Shown here one piece after another: positions 40,410 through 51,103 of a DNA stretch of 64,000 nt. The notes under the pieces are model-generated. The model worked only from the letters and a program-made list of their open reading frames with translations. It was not told the DNA's origin and did no database searches. The DNA lies in contig CANKQY010000001.1 in assembly GCA_947485745.1 (NCBI GenBank), forward strand, positions 742 to 64,741, in the 5' to 3' direction. This DNA comes from Bacteroidota bacterium. GTDB lineage: Bacteria > Bacteroidota > Bacteroidia > UKL13-3. Position 1 is the first letter of the stretch, and each line of letters starts with the position of its first letter. Position numbers and translations under genes: made by a program.

Positions 40410-43400
40410 CTACCTTATGATTTGAATTTTCTTACTTGTAATTTCACGTCCTTGATTGATAAACCTCAGTAAATATAAGCCAGTAGCTAAATCATTTGTT
40501 TCAATAGTTGCCAAACCTTTTGCCGCTGATAATTTACCGCTAAAGAGAGTTTGACCATTTAAACCAAATAGCTCAAACTGAATTTCTATTTGCTTTTGCA
40601 ATTCATAATCTATGAAAATTTTTTCATTAGCTGGTATAGGAAATATTTTCAATGATTTAAAGTCATCTTGCTCAATAAGAGTAGCACTTACGCCAGTAAT
40701 TACATTTAAACTGCTTTGACTAAAACCGCAATTATTAATTGCTTTCACCCCTAAGGTGGCGTTTTGGCTCCCTGTTAATACCATGATTGAATTGGTATTC
40801 TCACCTCCTAATAATAACCAGTCGCTCGGGATATTCCAGACATAACTATTTGCGTTGCTGGCAGCTATGCTATAATTTCTGCTGGTGTTTGCTTTAATAT
40901 ATTTTTCTCCTGCAATTCCTCCTAAAAATTGCGGCAGTCTACTAACTGTCATTCCCAAGCTTAAACTAGAGTCACTCTCGCATCCTTCATTTTTACCGCG
41001 CACCGTTACATTCCCATTACTTGATCCCACTTTTACTTGTATGGTTTGTAAAGTTGAATTACCTATAAAACTCCAATCACTTGGCAATTGCCATACATAA
41101 GAACTTGCACCAATCAGCGTATTTGAACTGAGGGTAATGGAACTTAATTCACAAGCAGGCTGACTGCTTGGCGTAATGCTTTGTGGCTTCGAGGCCTGAG
41201 TATAACTATTAAAAATAGACAAACTGCTAAACGAACTTCTACAGCCGCCTTGTATGCTTTGAACCTGCATGGTTCCTGTATTGCTGTTAGGTATAACATT
41301 AATGGAAGTGGTATTTTGACCAGAACTGATATTCCATCCTATTGGCACTGTCCAAGTATAACCTGTTGCTCCGCTTACTGCAGCAATGCTATAGGTTTTT
41401 GAAACTCCTACACAAAACGCATTATCTCCTGTGATGGCTAGGGGTGTGCTAGGTATGGAAGTAGATATGGAAGATATATTCAAAATCCGCTCTGCTCCCA
41501 CACAACCATTGGTGCTGGTGGCTTTTACGCTTATGTTTCCGCCAACTCCACTTGTTGGCCTAATTAATATACTCGTATCTGTGCTTATTCCATTACTCGG
41601 ACTCATGTCCCAGCCATTTGGAGCCGTCCAGGTATAACTTAAAGCATTTAAAACTTTATTAACCCTAAACGTTTCATATTGACTGCTGCATCCTTGCGTT
41701 AAGCCAGATACAATAGGCTGAACAGGCTTTGCTTGCACGTTTATAAAACGCTTGGTTTGAACCGAACTACATCCACTTGAACCTATCGCTACAACCCGTA
41801 AGGTATCTGCTACTCCATTAAACGTTAACCCAATGCTATTACTGCTCGAACTACCACTCCAACCAGAAGGGAATGTCCAACTATAAGAACTCGCATTGGT
41901 GGCAGAGACGCTATAAGTTTGGGTTGCGCCTTCACAGGTATTCACATTGCCCGTTATACTACCCGATATTTGTGGGGAAGCATTTACCGTTATTGATTGT
42001 GTTCGCACCGTACTAGTGCAGCCTGGGTTTGTGGCTTGAACACTTAAAATGAAATTACCAGCATTATTGCCAACAGTGGTACTTATGTTATTGGTATTAT
42101 TGGCCCCATTAAAACTCCATCCCGAAGGCAAAGTCCATAGATAAGCTGAAGCATTGGCAACGGTGGATACACCAAAATTCTGTTGACTATTTGCACAAAA
42201 AGATGAGGCACCTGTTACAGCTCCGGGTTGACTAACTTGCGCATAAATGGCAATTGGCAATTGTGCTACCGCACTGCTGCATATGCCATTTACACCACGC
42301 ACGCTCATATTTCCACTGCCAATGGTTGAACCAACAGTTGCGTTAATATTATTAGTTGTTGAACTACCTGTTAAACCGCTTGGTAAGGTCCAAATATAAC
42401 TGGCAGCACCGCTAATTGTTGGCACACTGTAGATTACTGCATTACCCACACATACATCAGAACTGCCGCTTATATTTCCAATTGTTCCAAAAGAGATTAC
42501 TGAAATAGACCTAGTGGCTGCGCTTGTGGTATCTCCACAACTATTATACGCCTTAACACTGATAGTTCCAGAGGTATTTGCATTTACTATAATTGTGGTG
42601 GTATTTTGCCCGCTAACGATAACCCAACCTAATGGTAACGTCCACCAATAACCTGCTGCATTAACCGTGCTTGAGCTCAATGAAAAAGTATAGGTGCTAT
42701 TTTGGCAATAGGTGGTTGCAGGATTATTTATTGTGCCTATGGTTCCCAAGGTACCAGTAGGAATACATTCTTGAAACTTTATTAGGAAAGCATCATCACT
42801 TCCCCCATTCACAGTTTGATGACTACCTGAAGTGGATAAACTATTTGAACCTAGTGAGTTGCCTGCCAAGTAAATACTTCCACTTACGTCTTTGCCAACA
42901 GCATAACCATAATCCGACCCAATACCTCCATAAAAAGTACCCCATTGCCTTACCCCATTCGTATTAAATTTGACTAAAAAAGCATCTCTACCGCCTGCAT
43001 TAGTAAGCTGATAACCAGAAGTAGTAGCAATATTGTTATCACTGCCAGTATTTCCAGCTAGGTATATATTTCCATTGGCTTCGCAATAAACAGAGAATAC
43101 ATCTTCATAATCGTTACCTCCATAATAGGTGGCCCATTGTCGCACCCCATTTGTATTAAATTTAACCAAATATGCGTCAACTCCACCGCCATAAATAACT
43201 TGATGAGTTCCAGCTGAGGAGATATTGCTCATACCGTTGGTAACTCCAGCTAGGTATATATTTCCAGAGGCATCAGTACATATATTTCTAGCTACATCTA
43301 AGGAGTTTCCTCCATAAAATGTGCCCCATTGCCGCACACCATTGGTATTGAATTTAACCAAGAAACCATCTTCTCCGCCGCCATTTCCGGTCTGATAAGT

Positions 43401-44930
43401 GCCCGAAGTGGATATATTATCAACACTTATCGTAGAACTAGCTAAATATATATTCCCATTGGCATCAGTACATATCGAAGAACCATATGCAGATTCACGG
43501 TCACTTCCACCATAATAAGTAGCCCATAGCCTTGAACCATTAGTATTAAATTTAACTAAGAATGCATCATTATTTCCGGCTAAATTGGTTTGATGGCTGC
43601 CAGTAGTTGAAATATTATTACTGCTATTGGTTTGACCAGAAAGGTAGATATTTCCAGTGACATCTATACACAGAGAATAGCCAAAATCATAGCTAATACC
43701 TCCATAATATGTTCCCCATTGCCTTACCCCGTTGGTGTTAAATTTAACAAAAAATGCATCATAATTACCTCCCGAACTTGCTTGATGACTGGCGGTGGTG
43801 GCAATATTGTTGGTGCTTCCGGTACTACCGGCTAAATAAACATTTCCAGAGGCATCCGAACAAATAGATTCTCCACGAGAATTATCATTGCCTCCATAAT
43901 AAGTGCTCCATTGACTAACTCCACTAGTATTGAATTTAATTAAAAAAGCGTTTACTATACCCCCAATGGTAGATTGATGACTGCCAGATGAAGCTATATT
44001 ATTAGTACTTTGAGTATTCCCAGTTAAATAAACATTTCCACTGACATCCGAGCAAAGTGCCTTTCCCTCCTCTACATTACCCCCACCATAATACGTACCC
44101 CATAATCTAGTTGGATTTGGATCCACCACCAAATCAAATGAAGCAATCTGTGCTTGCGTTTTAAAACCAATGGTTTCTTTATCTAGCAAGGTATAATCTA
44201 CCTGTACGGTTTGGTTCAGACCGTTTTTAATGAGCCAACTGGCAGGTATGCTTTCTTTAAATTCTCCTCGGTTGGTATTAAATATTAATTCTTGTCCATT
44301 GGTTTTAAATGGAGCGCCTTTGTATTGAAGTTTAATATCAGAAAGCTGAGCGCCGGCATGCACTACAAAATTGTATTTAAAGCCTTTTTCGTTGAGTAAA
44401 TACTCAATGTCAATGCCGGGATAAATAGCTTTGTATGTTATTTTTTGGTATTGGTGTACCTCTAATATTCCATCGGATGCATGATCTACATTGTAATAAT
44501 TGGTATAATCGCTGCTTTTGCCTTCTGCAATGATTTGTGGGCTTGGGTTTGCACCTAGTAAGGTTATATCTATGCGGTGAAAGTGGTAAGTTACTTCTTC
44601 GGGTTCAATCTCTTTACCTGGTAATTTTTGTATGAGTTCAGCCATACCTAATAAGGCTTTGGTTTTTCTTTGGGTAGTAAAAATATCGTAGCTAAAACCC
44701 GTTTTTCTCAGATGCACATTTAAGCCATTGCCATTTAATAAATACAATACTGCCGAGTTAGACTTTCTATATTGATCAATTACCTGACCCTTGTTTTCTA
44801 TAAATCCGGCAGATTTGCTTGTTGCTAATAAACTAGCTGGATCAACTTTAGCAAATAGCGGCAAACACCAAATACATTGGATAAAAATAAATGAAGCAAT
44901 AAACAATATTTTTCTCTGGGCTTTTTTCAT
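40410..44930 (-). CDS. Secreted SBBP-repeat protein with tandem PKD-like/Ig repeats and type A T9SS CTD
   Basis: FIENKGQ N-domain; about 7 DAFLVKFNTNGVRQWGTYYGG repeats; about 8 Y.WTLPSGW Ig-like repeats; C-terminal IFPIPAN...GLYLLR...KKIQIIR. Confidence 0.9.
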   Translation of the reverse strand: MKKAQRKILFIASFIFIQCIWCLPLFAKVDPASLLATSKSAGFIENKGQVIDQYRKSNSAVLYLLNGNGLNVHLRKTGFSYDIFTTQRKTKALLGMAELIQKLPGKEIEPEEVTYHFHRIDITLLGANPSPQIIAEGKSSDYTNYYNVDHASDGILEVHQYQKITYKAIYPGIDIEYLLNEKGFKYNFVVHAGAQLSDIKLQYKGAPFKTNGQELIFNTNRGEFKESIPASWLIKNGLNQTVQVDYTLLDKETIGFKTQAQIASFDLVVDPNPTRLWGTYYGGGNVEEGKALCSDVSGNVYLTGNTQSTNNIASSGSHQSTIGGIVNAFLIKFNTSGVSQWSTYYGGNDNSRGESICSDASGNVYLAGSTGSTNNIATTASHQASSGGNYDAFFVKFNTNGVRQWGTYYGGISYDFGYSLCIDVTGNIYLSGQTNSSNNISTTGSHQTNLAGNNDAFLVKFNTNGSRLWATYYGGSDRESAYGSSICTDANGNIYLASSTISVDNISTSGTYQTGNGGGEDGFLVKFNTNGVRQWGTFYGGNSLDVARNICTDASGNIYLAGVTNGMSNISSAGTHQVIYGGGVDAYLVKFNTNGVRQWATYYGGNDYEDVFSVYCEANGNIYLAGNTGSDNNIATTSGYQLTNAGGRDAFLVKFNTNGVRQWGTFYGGIGSDYGYAVGKDVSGSIYLAGNSLGSNSLSTSGSHQTVNGGSDDAFLIKFQECIPTGTLGTIGTINNPATTYCQNSTYTFSLSSSTVNAAGYWWTLPLGWVIVSGQNTTTIIVNANTSGTISVKAYNSCGDTTSAATRSISVISFGTIGNISGSSDVCVGNAVIYSVPTISGAASYIWTLPSGLTGSSTTNNINATVGSTIGSGNMSVRGVNGICSSAVAQLPIAIYAQVSQPGAVTGASSFCANSQQNFGVSTVANASAYLWTLPSGWSFNGANNTNNISTTVGNNAGNFILSVQATNPGCTSTVRTQSITVNASPQISGSITGNVNTCEGATQTYSVSATNASSYSWTFPSGWSGSSSSNSIGLTFNGVADTLRVVAIGSSGCSSVQTKRFINVQAKPVQPIVSGLTQGCSSQYETFRVNKVLNALSYTWTAPNGWDMSPSNGISTDTSILIRPTSGVGGNISVKATSTNGCVGAERILNISSISTSIPSTPLAITGDNAFCVGVSKTYSIAAVSGATGYTWTVPIGWNISSGQNTTSINVIPNSNTGTMQVQSIQGGCRSSFSSLSIFNSYTQASKPQSITPSSQPACELSSITLSSNTLIGASSYVWQLPSDWSFIGNSTLQTIQVKVGSSNGNVTVRGKNEGCESDSSLSLGMTVSRLPQFLGGIAGEKYIKANTSRNYSIAASNANSYVWNIPSDWLLLGGENTNSIMVLTGSQNATLGVKAINNCGFSQSSLNVITGVSATLIEQDDFKSLKIFPIPANEKIFIDYELQKQIEIQFELFGLNGQTLFSGKLSAAKGLATIETNDLATGLYLLRFINQGREITSKKIQIIR

Positions 44931-45207
44931 GTGTTTAGCGGGAAATGCAAAGCTTTTATATTTCCTTTTTAAATAGTAATTTACTCAAAATTAGGTTTAG
45001 TTGATGTAATAAAAAAATTAATAATCATATAATTGTGTAAGTTGAAGGATTAAGAAATTAAGCAAAAAAGATATTTAACTTTTTTGATTCGTTGGACTAA
45101 TAAATCAGTCATCTAAGCAAAACCGAATTTGCTGTACCTATAGCTGTACCTACTATAAAAATAGTAAGATAAAATGCTTAAAATTAGGATTTTATAATAA
45201 CACATTG

Positions 45208-45279
45208 TGCACCTAAAGGGATTCGAACCCCCATCTTCAGAACCGGAATCTGAAATTCTATCCATTGAACTATAAGTGC
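45208..45279 (-). tRNA. tRNA-Arg (CCG)
   Basis: Minus strand GCACTTA acceptor pairs with TAGGTGC; D-arm GTTCAATGGATAGAAT; anticodon arm TCAGA-TTCCGGT-TCTGA; T-loop GTTCGAATC; no encoded CCA. Confidence 0.96.
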
Positions 45280-45470
45280 AGTTCGACAAGCTCACTGCAG
45301 GCGCAGTGGTTTATCGTTAATCTGATTGCGTTAGCGTGTGAGTCGCGAGGACTTGCAGTTGCTCAAAACCCAAACTGATTAAGCGGCGAAGATAAGAGAA
45401 TTATTGTAAGAGAATTGTGCTTGACTAAATTAAAATATAGGTTACCTATTAAGCTGATTTTTACATTTAA

Positions 45471-45537
45471 ACCCTCCGGGGTCGTTTGTTAATCGGAACG
45501 TTGACTTGCTATAAACATGCGACCCCATTTGGGTCGG
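45471..45537. repeat. REP-like double-hairpin element
   Basis: ACCCTCCGGGGT and CGACCCCATTTGGGTCG hairpins around TGCTATAAACATG in an intergenic region. Confidence 0.5.
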
Positions 45538-45646
45538 ACAGTCATTCTTTAAACAAATCGATTTTTAAATTAAGAATTAAACCCAATTCTTATAAGTTTA
45601 ATAACCTTACATTCGAATAACCTTATTTCAATTTTGTTCTACTATT

Positions 45647-46105
45647 ATGGCCTTAAGACTATTTCTGTTTCTACTAATAAACTTCGCAGCGCTTGCCCTT
45701 GGCGGTTTAGCCACCAGCGATGGTGTTGTTTCTTTATGGTATCAAAATTTAAATCAGGCTCCGTGGACGCCGCCAGGCTGGGTGTTTGGGGCGGCTTGGA
45801 CCTTCATTTTGATTAGCTTTTCTGTTTATATGACCTATCTATGGCCAAGGGTGAAAAACCATGAGTTACTCATAGCCCTTTTTACCTTGCAATGGATACT
45901 AAATGTTGGCTGGAATCCAATGTTTTTTAACTACCACCTAGTAACAATTTCGTTGGCAATAATTACGGCATTAACGCTGTTGGTGGCAGCCATTATGATT
46001 ACATATTATACGGTAAGCAAAAGCAAATCCTTATTGATTTTGCCCTACTTCTTGTGGTTGCTCATTGCAACTTCTTTAAATGCTTATATTTATTTATACA
46101 ACTAG
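45647..46105 (+). CDS. tspO: TspO/MBR family tryptophan-rich sensory protein
   Basis: WYQNLNQAPWTPPGWVFGAAWT, LNVGWNPMFF, LILPYFLWLLIATSLN. Confidence 0.93.
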   Translation: MALRLFLFLLINFAALALGGLATSDGVVSLWYQNLNQAPWTPPGWVFGAAWTFILISFSVYMTYLWPRVKNHELLIALFTLQWILNVGWNPMFFNYHLVTISLAIITALTLLVAAIMITYYTVSKSKSLLILPYFLWLLIATSLNAYIYLYN

Positions 46106-46941
46106 TGAAAAACAACAAGCTTTTGCGTGCTGCTTTGGCTTCCGCAAACGGTTTGAACCAAATAAATGCCGCTTTCAATTTGGGAAATATTGATTTGCTC
46201 TTTGGTGATTCCCGCTGGCAAATTTTTGCTCATTAGGTTCAGTACTTCCTTGCCATTTAGCGTAAATAATTTAATGTCTGTTTCGCCTGCATCCAATTTA
46301 TTCAACTCAAGGTTCAAATAATCTGAACTAGGATTAGGGTAAATGGATAGGTTCAAACCGACATTTAATTCATTTAAACTGGTAAAGCCTTCTTGGTATA
46401 CACGTAAGGTACTTAATTTGGTTAAATCGCCTCCTTTATGGCCATCTTGGTTTGAATTGAACGCACCATAGAACACCACTTCCTTTGTGCCATCTGTTGG
46501 GGCTATCCAATTGAAATCCCATACTGCCATGTTTTGGCCTGGTACTCCAGCTGGTTTGTAAGTAATGTATTTTCCATTGCCATTAATTTGTGTTCTGCCT
46601 GTATCGGTCGCTACTAAGGTGCCAAGCATTCTGCCATCTATGGCTTGTGGCGAAATTGAAAACCCAAAACGGTTATGAGAAAGCGAAGTATTGGTGGCAG
46701 TAATTTTATAAGTATTGCCTGGTTTAAATCCTGCAGCGGGGATGTCGGAGGTAATCCATTCTATCACTGGCGTAGCGGTGCCACCATGACAAACAGTGCA
46801 ATTTTTTAAGCTATCGCCGGGCGATCCGGTATAACCCGGATTGGTACCATCTGCCCTTTTGTTGAGACTCTTGGTATCGAAAGACTGAAGCAAAATAAGG
46901 CAGCAAGCTCCAAATAAAAATGTGTAAATGATTGATTTCAT
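46102..46941 (-). CDS. Secreted Reeler-like (choice-of-anchor V type) protein with CxxCH motif and type A T9SS CTD
   Basis: GYTGSPGD..NCTVCHGG; WDFNWIAP; C-terminal IYPNPSS...GIYLV...QKLVVFH. Confidence 0.82.
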   Translation of the reverse strand: MKSIIYTFLFGACCLILLQSFDTKSLNKRADGTNPGYTGSPGDSLKNCTVCHGGTATPVIEWITSDIPAAGFKPGNTYKITATNTSLSHNRFGFSISPQAIDGRMLGTLVATDTGRTQINGNGKYITYKPAGVPGQNMAVWDFNWIAPTDGTKEVVFYGAFNSNQDGHKGGDLTKLSTLRVYQEGFTSLNELNVGLNLSIYPNPSSDYLNLELNKLDAGETDIKLFTLNGKEVLNLMSKNLPAGITKEQINISQIESGIYLVQTVCGSQSSTQKLVVFH

Positions 46942-47026
46942 GTAATGTTATTTATATCAAACATACTACAAATTGTTGAATAAGAAAAAAATATTGTCAA
47001 TAACACTCTCCTCAAAAAAATAGCAC

Positions 47027-47059
47027 AAAAAAGGGCAACCCTTGCGGATTGCCCTTTTT
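47027..47059 (-). terminator. Rho-independent terminator (likely bidirectional)
   Basis: AAAAAGGGCAAcC-cttgc-GGATTGCCCTTTTT hairpin. Confidence 0.85.
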
Positions 47060-47079
47060 GGATATAAAAATGAAAAATA

Positions 47080-50000
47080 TTATCTCACAATTACTAAGCG
47101 AGTATTAACTGTTGATTCTCCAGAGTTAATTCTTACAAAGTACATTCCTTGAGGCAATCCTGCTGTTCCTAAAGTAATTTGGTTTGAACCAACACTGTAT
47201 TTAGCAACTTCAGTACCAACTACCAATTTACCTGTAATGTCTAGCAATTGAACTGAAACCATATTACTTGAATTTAAGGTAAATGAAACATTTACTAAAT
47301 CACTCGTAGGATTAGGATATACAGCGTAGTTTGCAAAAGCGCCATTTACTTCTGTAATTGAAGTTGGAATAGCTTTGATAGTTTTAGTAACTGAATCTTT
47401 ACCATAAACATGCTCAGCAACTAAAGATACTACGTAATCACCTTTTGTTGTATAGCTATGAACTGCATTTTTTGTAACTGCTGTTGCGCCATCACCAAAA
47501 TACCATTTGTAGCTAATAGTTAATCCTTTTTCAACAGTGGTATTGGTGAAAGTAAATTCATTTGAACCAGTAGTTGTATTTTTAGTATAAGTAAAATCTA
47601 CAACTGGAAGTATGCTTAAATCATTTATTACAACAGTTTTGCTGGTAGTAGCATTTCCACATTTGCTCTTAGCTACCAAAGTAACTGTATAAGTTCCATT
47701 AGCAGGATAAGTAAAGCTTGGGTTCATGGCCGATGAAGTATCAGCATTACCAATTACACCAAAATCCCAGAAGTAAGTTGTAGCATTTGAAGAGCTATTT
47801 AAGAAATCAACTTTTAAAGTAGCTGAATTTGCAGGTGCTGTAAAGCTTGCAGTTGCACTAGGGTTATTGATTGGTGAAGATGCGTATGTTTCTAATTGTG
47901 GGTTAAAATTACACCAGCAATTTGTCCAGTTACTATCAGGGTTTGAACCCATAGCACCGCGGAAACTTGTAGGAGTAAAATACGAATCAGAAATTTTTGA
48001 ACCTGTAAAAGAAGCACCAGTTGAAGCAGGTGAACTAGCTGCAGGAGCAAATACTGGATTGGTATAATTAAACGGATCAACCAATACACCAAATGCAGCT
48101 GCTATTGAATCGTTTGCATTGGCAAATACCTTGCTTCTTGTTAAAGCACCATTCGATCCACCAGTGCTGGTTCCGTTGATAGCTCTTAAATTACCAGCCA
48201 AGATATTGTTCTTAAACAACAAGGTATCATTTTGATGCTTGTTTACACTTCTAGCTCCATCAATAAACACACCATCAGGGAATCCCATGATAATTGAATT
48301 GAATAAACTCATTTGAGAATTTCTTCTGATACGAGCTCCGTTTTGGAATGAGTTAGCATAAGACAATGGTGTACCATTAGCCAAAGGACCTAATACCGTT
48401 ACATTAGAGAAAGTAGCATCTGTGTATGGCTTAGCTTCTGTTCCTGAAGCATCGTTGTCTGATTCAAAACCATTTGTAGTTGGGCCTGAACCAATATCAA
48501 ATAATGCTGAGTCGCGTTGTACAATTGCAAATTGAATTTTACCGCTATAACCAAAGTCAGTATCTAAGTCATCATCCACATTTCTATGTGAAACTAAGTA
48601 CTTAGCGTTTACATTACCACCAAACCACTCAAATCCGTCGTCATCAGCAAATGAAACTTGTATATATTCTAAGGTAGTTCCTTTACCAACACCACCCATG
48701 GTTAAACCATTGATTTCGTTACCTGGGGTAATTACAGTACCTGCATATTCAACACGTACATATTTTAAAGAACCAGAACTATGGTTATCGTCGTTACCAC
48801 CATACAAAGCATCACCAGCAGCATTATCTAAATCGCCTTCTACTGCATTTTGTATACCTGTCTCACTTGCTGCTACAGAAGCACCAGGACAAGTTGTACA
48901 ATCTGTAGGTCTGTTGATAATAGCCTTACCCAAAATTACCAACCCACCCCAATCGCCTTTGTTACGGGTACCAGCAGCTTTAGATGATGTAAAGACAATT
49001 GGTTGATTTTTGGTTCCATTAGCAATAATGCTAGCATTTCTAGTAATAATTAAACAAGCTTTGTTTGCACCACCTTTGATAATAGTACCTGGCTGAATAG
49101 TTAATACCGCGTTGTTTTTTACATACGTATATCCGTTTAATACATAAATTGAATCATTGTAGAAAGTTGTATTGCCGGTAATGTCGCCAGTAATTGCTCT
49201 CACAGGAGAAGCAATACCTGTAACACTAACCTGACGGCTAGTTGCGTTTAAACACACACCATTGGTAGCTGTTAAAGTTACATTGTAAACTCCATTGGCT
49301 AAATAAGTATGTGAAGGACTTGAATTGGTTGAAGTATTTCCTTCACCAAAATTCCATAAGTAAGTAACTCCGTTTGTAGAAGTATTGGTAAAATTAACCA
49401 AACCAGCAGCACCGTTGGCAGCTGTGAAATTAGCGGCAGGTGTTGGGTTAACGGTTACTAAAATACTATCAGTTAAAAAACATCCAGTTACAGTATCTGT
49501 AACAGTTACAAAATATTTAGTAGTAACAGTTGGGTTCGCTGATGGTCTTGAAGCAGTAGCAGAACTTAATCCTGCTGAAGGAGTCCAAGATGCTTTCATG
49601 CTACCAGTTAATGTTTGTCCAATAGTTAAAGATCTTCCAGAGCAAATTGCAGAATCTTTTCCAGCATCGTAAACCAATGGCATATTATTGATATTACCTA
49701 CTGAGTAATCAGCAGTTTGAGGATCGAAATTACACCAGCATTTAGTCCAATCTGAAGCACCCATTGCACCTCTATAAGCAGTACTTTCAAAAAATGGATC
49801 TGAGATTTTTGTTCCTGTAAAAGATGCACCTGTTAAAGCAGCAGATGAACCAGCAGGAGTAAAATTAGGGTTGGTATATGCAAATGGATTTGATAATACA
49901 CCTGTAGCAGAGAAAATTGAATCATTTGCACTTGCAAATACTTTTGCTCTGGTTAAGGGTCCGTTTGAACCACCAGTTGTTGTTCCATTAATTGCTCTTA

Positions 50001-51081
50001 AATTTCCTGCTAAGATATTGTTCTTAAATAACAAGGTATCATTTTGATGCTTGTTTACACTTCTAGCACCGTCGATAAATAAACCATCAGGGAAACCCAT
50101 AACGATTGAATTAAATAATCCTATTTGAGAATTTCTTCTGATACGAGCTCCGTTTTGGAATGAATTTGAATAACCTAAGGCAGTACCGTTGGCCAAAGGA
50201 CCAACTACAGTAATATTAGAAAAAGTTGCATCCGTATAAGGAGTAGCTTCAGTACCTGTTGCATCATTATCTGATTCAAAACCATTTGTAGTTGGGCCTG
50301 AACCAATATCAAATAAAGCAGAATCTCTTTGTACAATAGCAAATTGAATTTTACCACTGAAACCAAAATCTGTATCTAAATCATCATCCACATTTCTATG
50401 AGAAACCAAATATTTAGCATTTACATTTCCACCAAACCACTCAAATCCATCGTCATCTGCAAATGAAACCTGAATGTGATCCATGTTAGTTCCTCTACCA
50501 ACACCACCCATGGTTAAACCATTGATTTCGTTTCCAGGAGTAATTACTGTTCCTGCAAATTCTATTCTTACATATCTAAATGTACCTGAACTGTGGTTGT
50601 TATCTGTTCCACCATATAAAGCATCACCAGCAGCATTGTCCAAATCGCCTTCAATTGCATTTTGAATACCAGCTTCACCTGATGCTACTGAAGCACCTGG
50701 GCAAGTAGTACAATCTGTAGGTCTGTTGATAATTGCTTTACCAAGAATAACAATACCACCCCAATCGCCTTTGTTACGCAAACCTGTTGCTTTTTCTGAA
50801 GTAAAAACAATTGGTCTTGCTAAAGTTCCATTGGCTTGAATACTGCCATTTCTGGTAATAATTAGCGTAGACTTATTACCCGCTTTACCTTTAATGATAG
50901 TACCAGGCTGAATAGTCAATGTTGCGTTATTTTTTACAAACACATAACCATCTAAGGTATAAATGGTATCGCTAAAAAATGTAGTATTAGCAGTAATAGC
51001 ACCACTAATGGTTCTGGCCTTTTGTGCCAGTGAAAACAAGGAAATTAAACAACCCAATAATAATAGGTTAAACTTTTTCAT
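47080..51081 (-). CDS. Secreted protein with two near-identical ~440-aa acidic beta-helix-like domains, PKD domains and type A T9SS CTD
   Basis: Two copies of TLTIQPGTIIKG...GDWGG...YVRxEfAG...INGLTMGGVG...DDDGFEWFGG...DDDLDTDFG...NGFESDND; PKD motifs WNFGEG, WDFG, WYFGDG; VYPNP...GMYFVRI CTD. Confidence 0.85.
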   Translation of the reverse strand: MKKFNLLLLGCLISLFSLAQKARTISGAITANTTFFSDTIYTLDGYVFVKNNATLTIQPGTIIKGKAGNKSTLIITRNGSIQANGTLARPIVFTSEKATGLRNKGDWGGIVILGKAIINRPTDCTTCPGASVASGEAGIQNAIEGDLDNAAGDALYGGTDNNHSSGTFRYVRIEFAGTVITPGNEINGLTMGGVGRGTNMDHIQVSFADDDGFEWFGGNVNAKYLVSHRNVDDDLDTDFGFSGKIQFAIVQRDSALFDIGSGPTTNGFESDNDATGTEATPYTDATFSNITVVGPLANGTALGYSNSFQNGARIRRNSQIGLFNSIVMGFPDGLFIDGARSVNKHQNDTLLFKNNILAGNLRAINGTTTGGSNGPLTRAKVFASANDSIFSATGVLSNPFAYTNPNFTPAGSSAALTGASFTGTKISDPFFESTAYRGAMGASDWTKCWCNFDPQTADYSVGNINNMPLVYDAGKDSAICSGRSLTIGQTLTGSMKASWTPSAGLSSATASRPSANPTVTTKYFVTVTDTVTGCFLTDSILVTVNPTPAANFTAANGAAGLVNFTNTSTNGVTYLWNFGEGNTSTNSSPSHTYLANGVYNVTLTATNGVCLNATSRQVSVTGIASPVRAITGDITGNTTFYNDSIYVLNGYTYVKNNAVLTIQPGTIIKGGANKACLIITRNASIIANGTKNQPIVFTSSKAAGTRNKGDWGGLVILGKAIINRPTDCTTCPGASVAASETGIQNAVEGDLDNAAGDALYGGNDDNHSSGSLKYVRVEYAGTVITPGNEINGLTMGGVGKGTTLEYIQVSFADDDGFEWFGGNVNAKYLVSHRNVDDDLDTDFGYSGKIQFAIVQRDSALFDIGSGPTTNGFESDNDASGTEAKPYTDATFSNVTVLGPLANGTPLSYANSFQNGARIRRNSQMSLFNSIIMGFPDGVFIDGARSVNKHQNDTLLFKNNILAGNLRAINGTSTGGSNGALTRSKVFANANDSIAAAFGVLVDPFNYTNPVFAPAASSPASTGASFTGSKISDSYFTPTSFRGAMGSNPDSNWTNCWCNFNPQLETYASSPINNPSATASFTAPANSATLKVDFLNSSSNATTYFWDFGVIGNADTSSAMNPSFTYPANGTYTVTLVAKSKCGNATTSKTVVINDLSILPVVDFTYTKNTTTGSNEFTFTNTTVEKGLTISYKWYFGDGATAVTKNAVHSYTTKGDYVVSLVAEHVYGKDSVTKTIKAIPTSITEVNGAFANYAVYPNPTSDLVNVSFTLNSSNMVSVQLLDITGKLVVGTEVAKYSVGSNQITLGTAGLPQGMYFVRINSGESTVNTRLVIVR

Positions 51082-51103
51082 ATGATAGTGTAATTTGTTA
51101 ATA

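Noticed and set aside
45131..45152. GCTGTACCTA direct repeat downstream of the tRNA as a possible att site
   Set aside because: Local 12-bp-period duplication; no matching copy or tRNA 3'-end duplication seen elsewhere.
45113..45295. 60-aa ORF over the tRNA
   Set aside because: Overlaps tRNA-Arg on the same strand; spurious.
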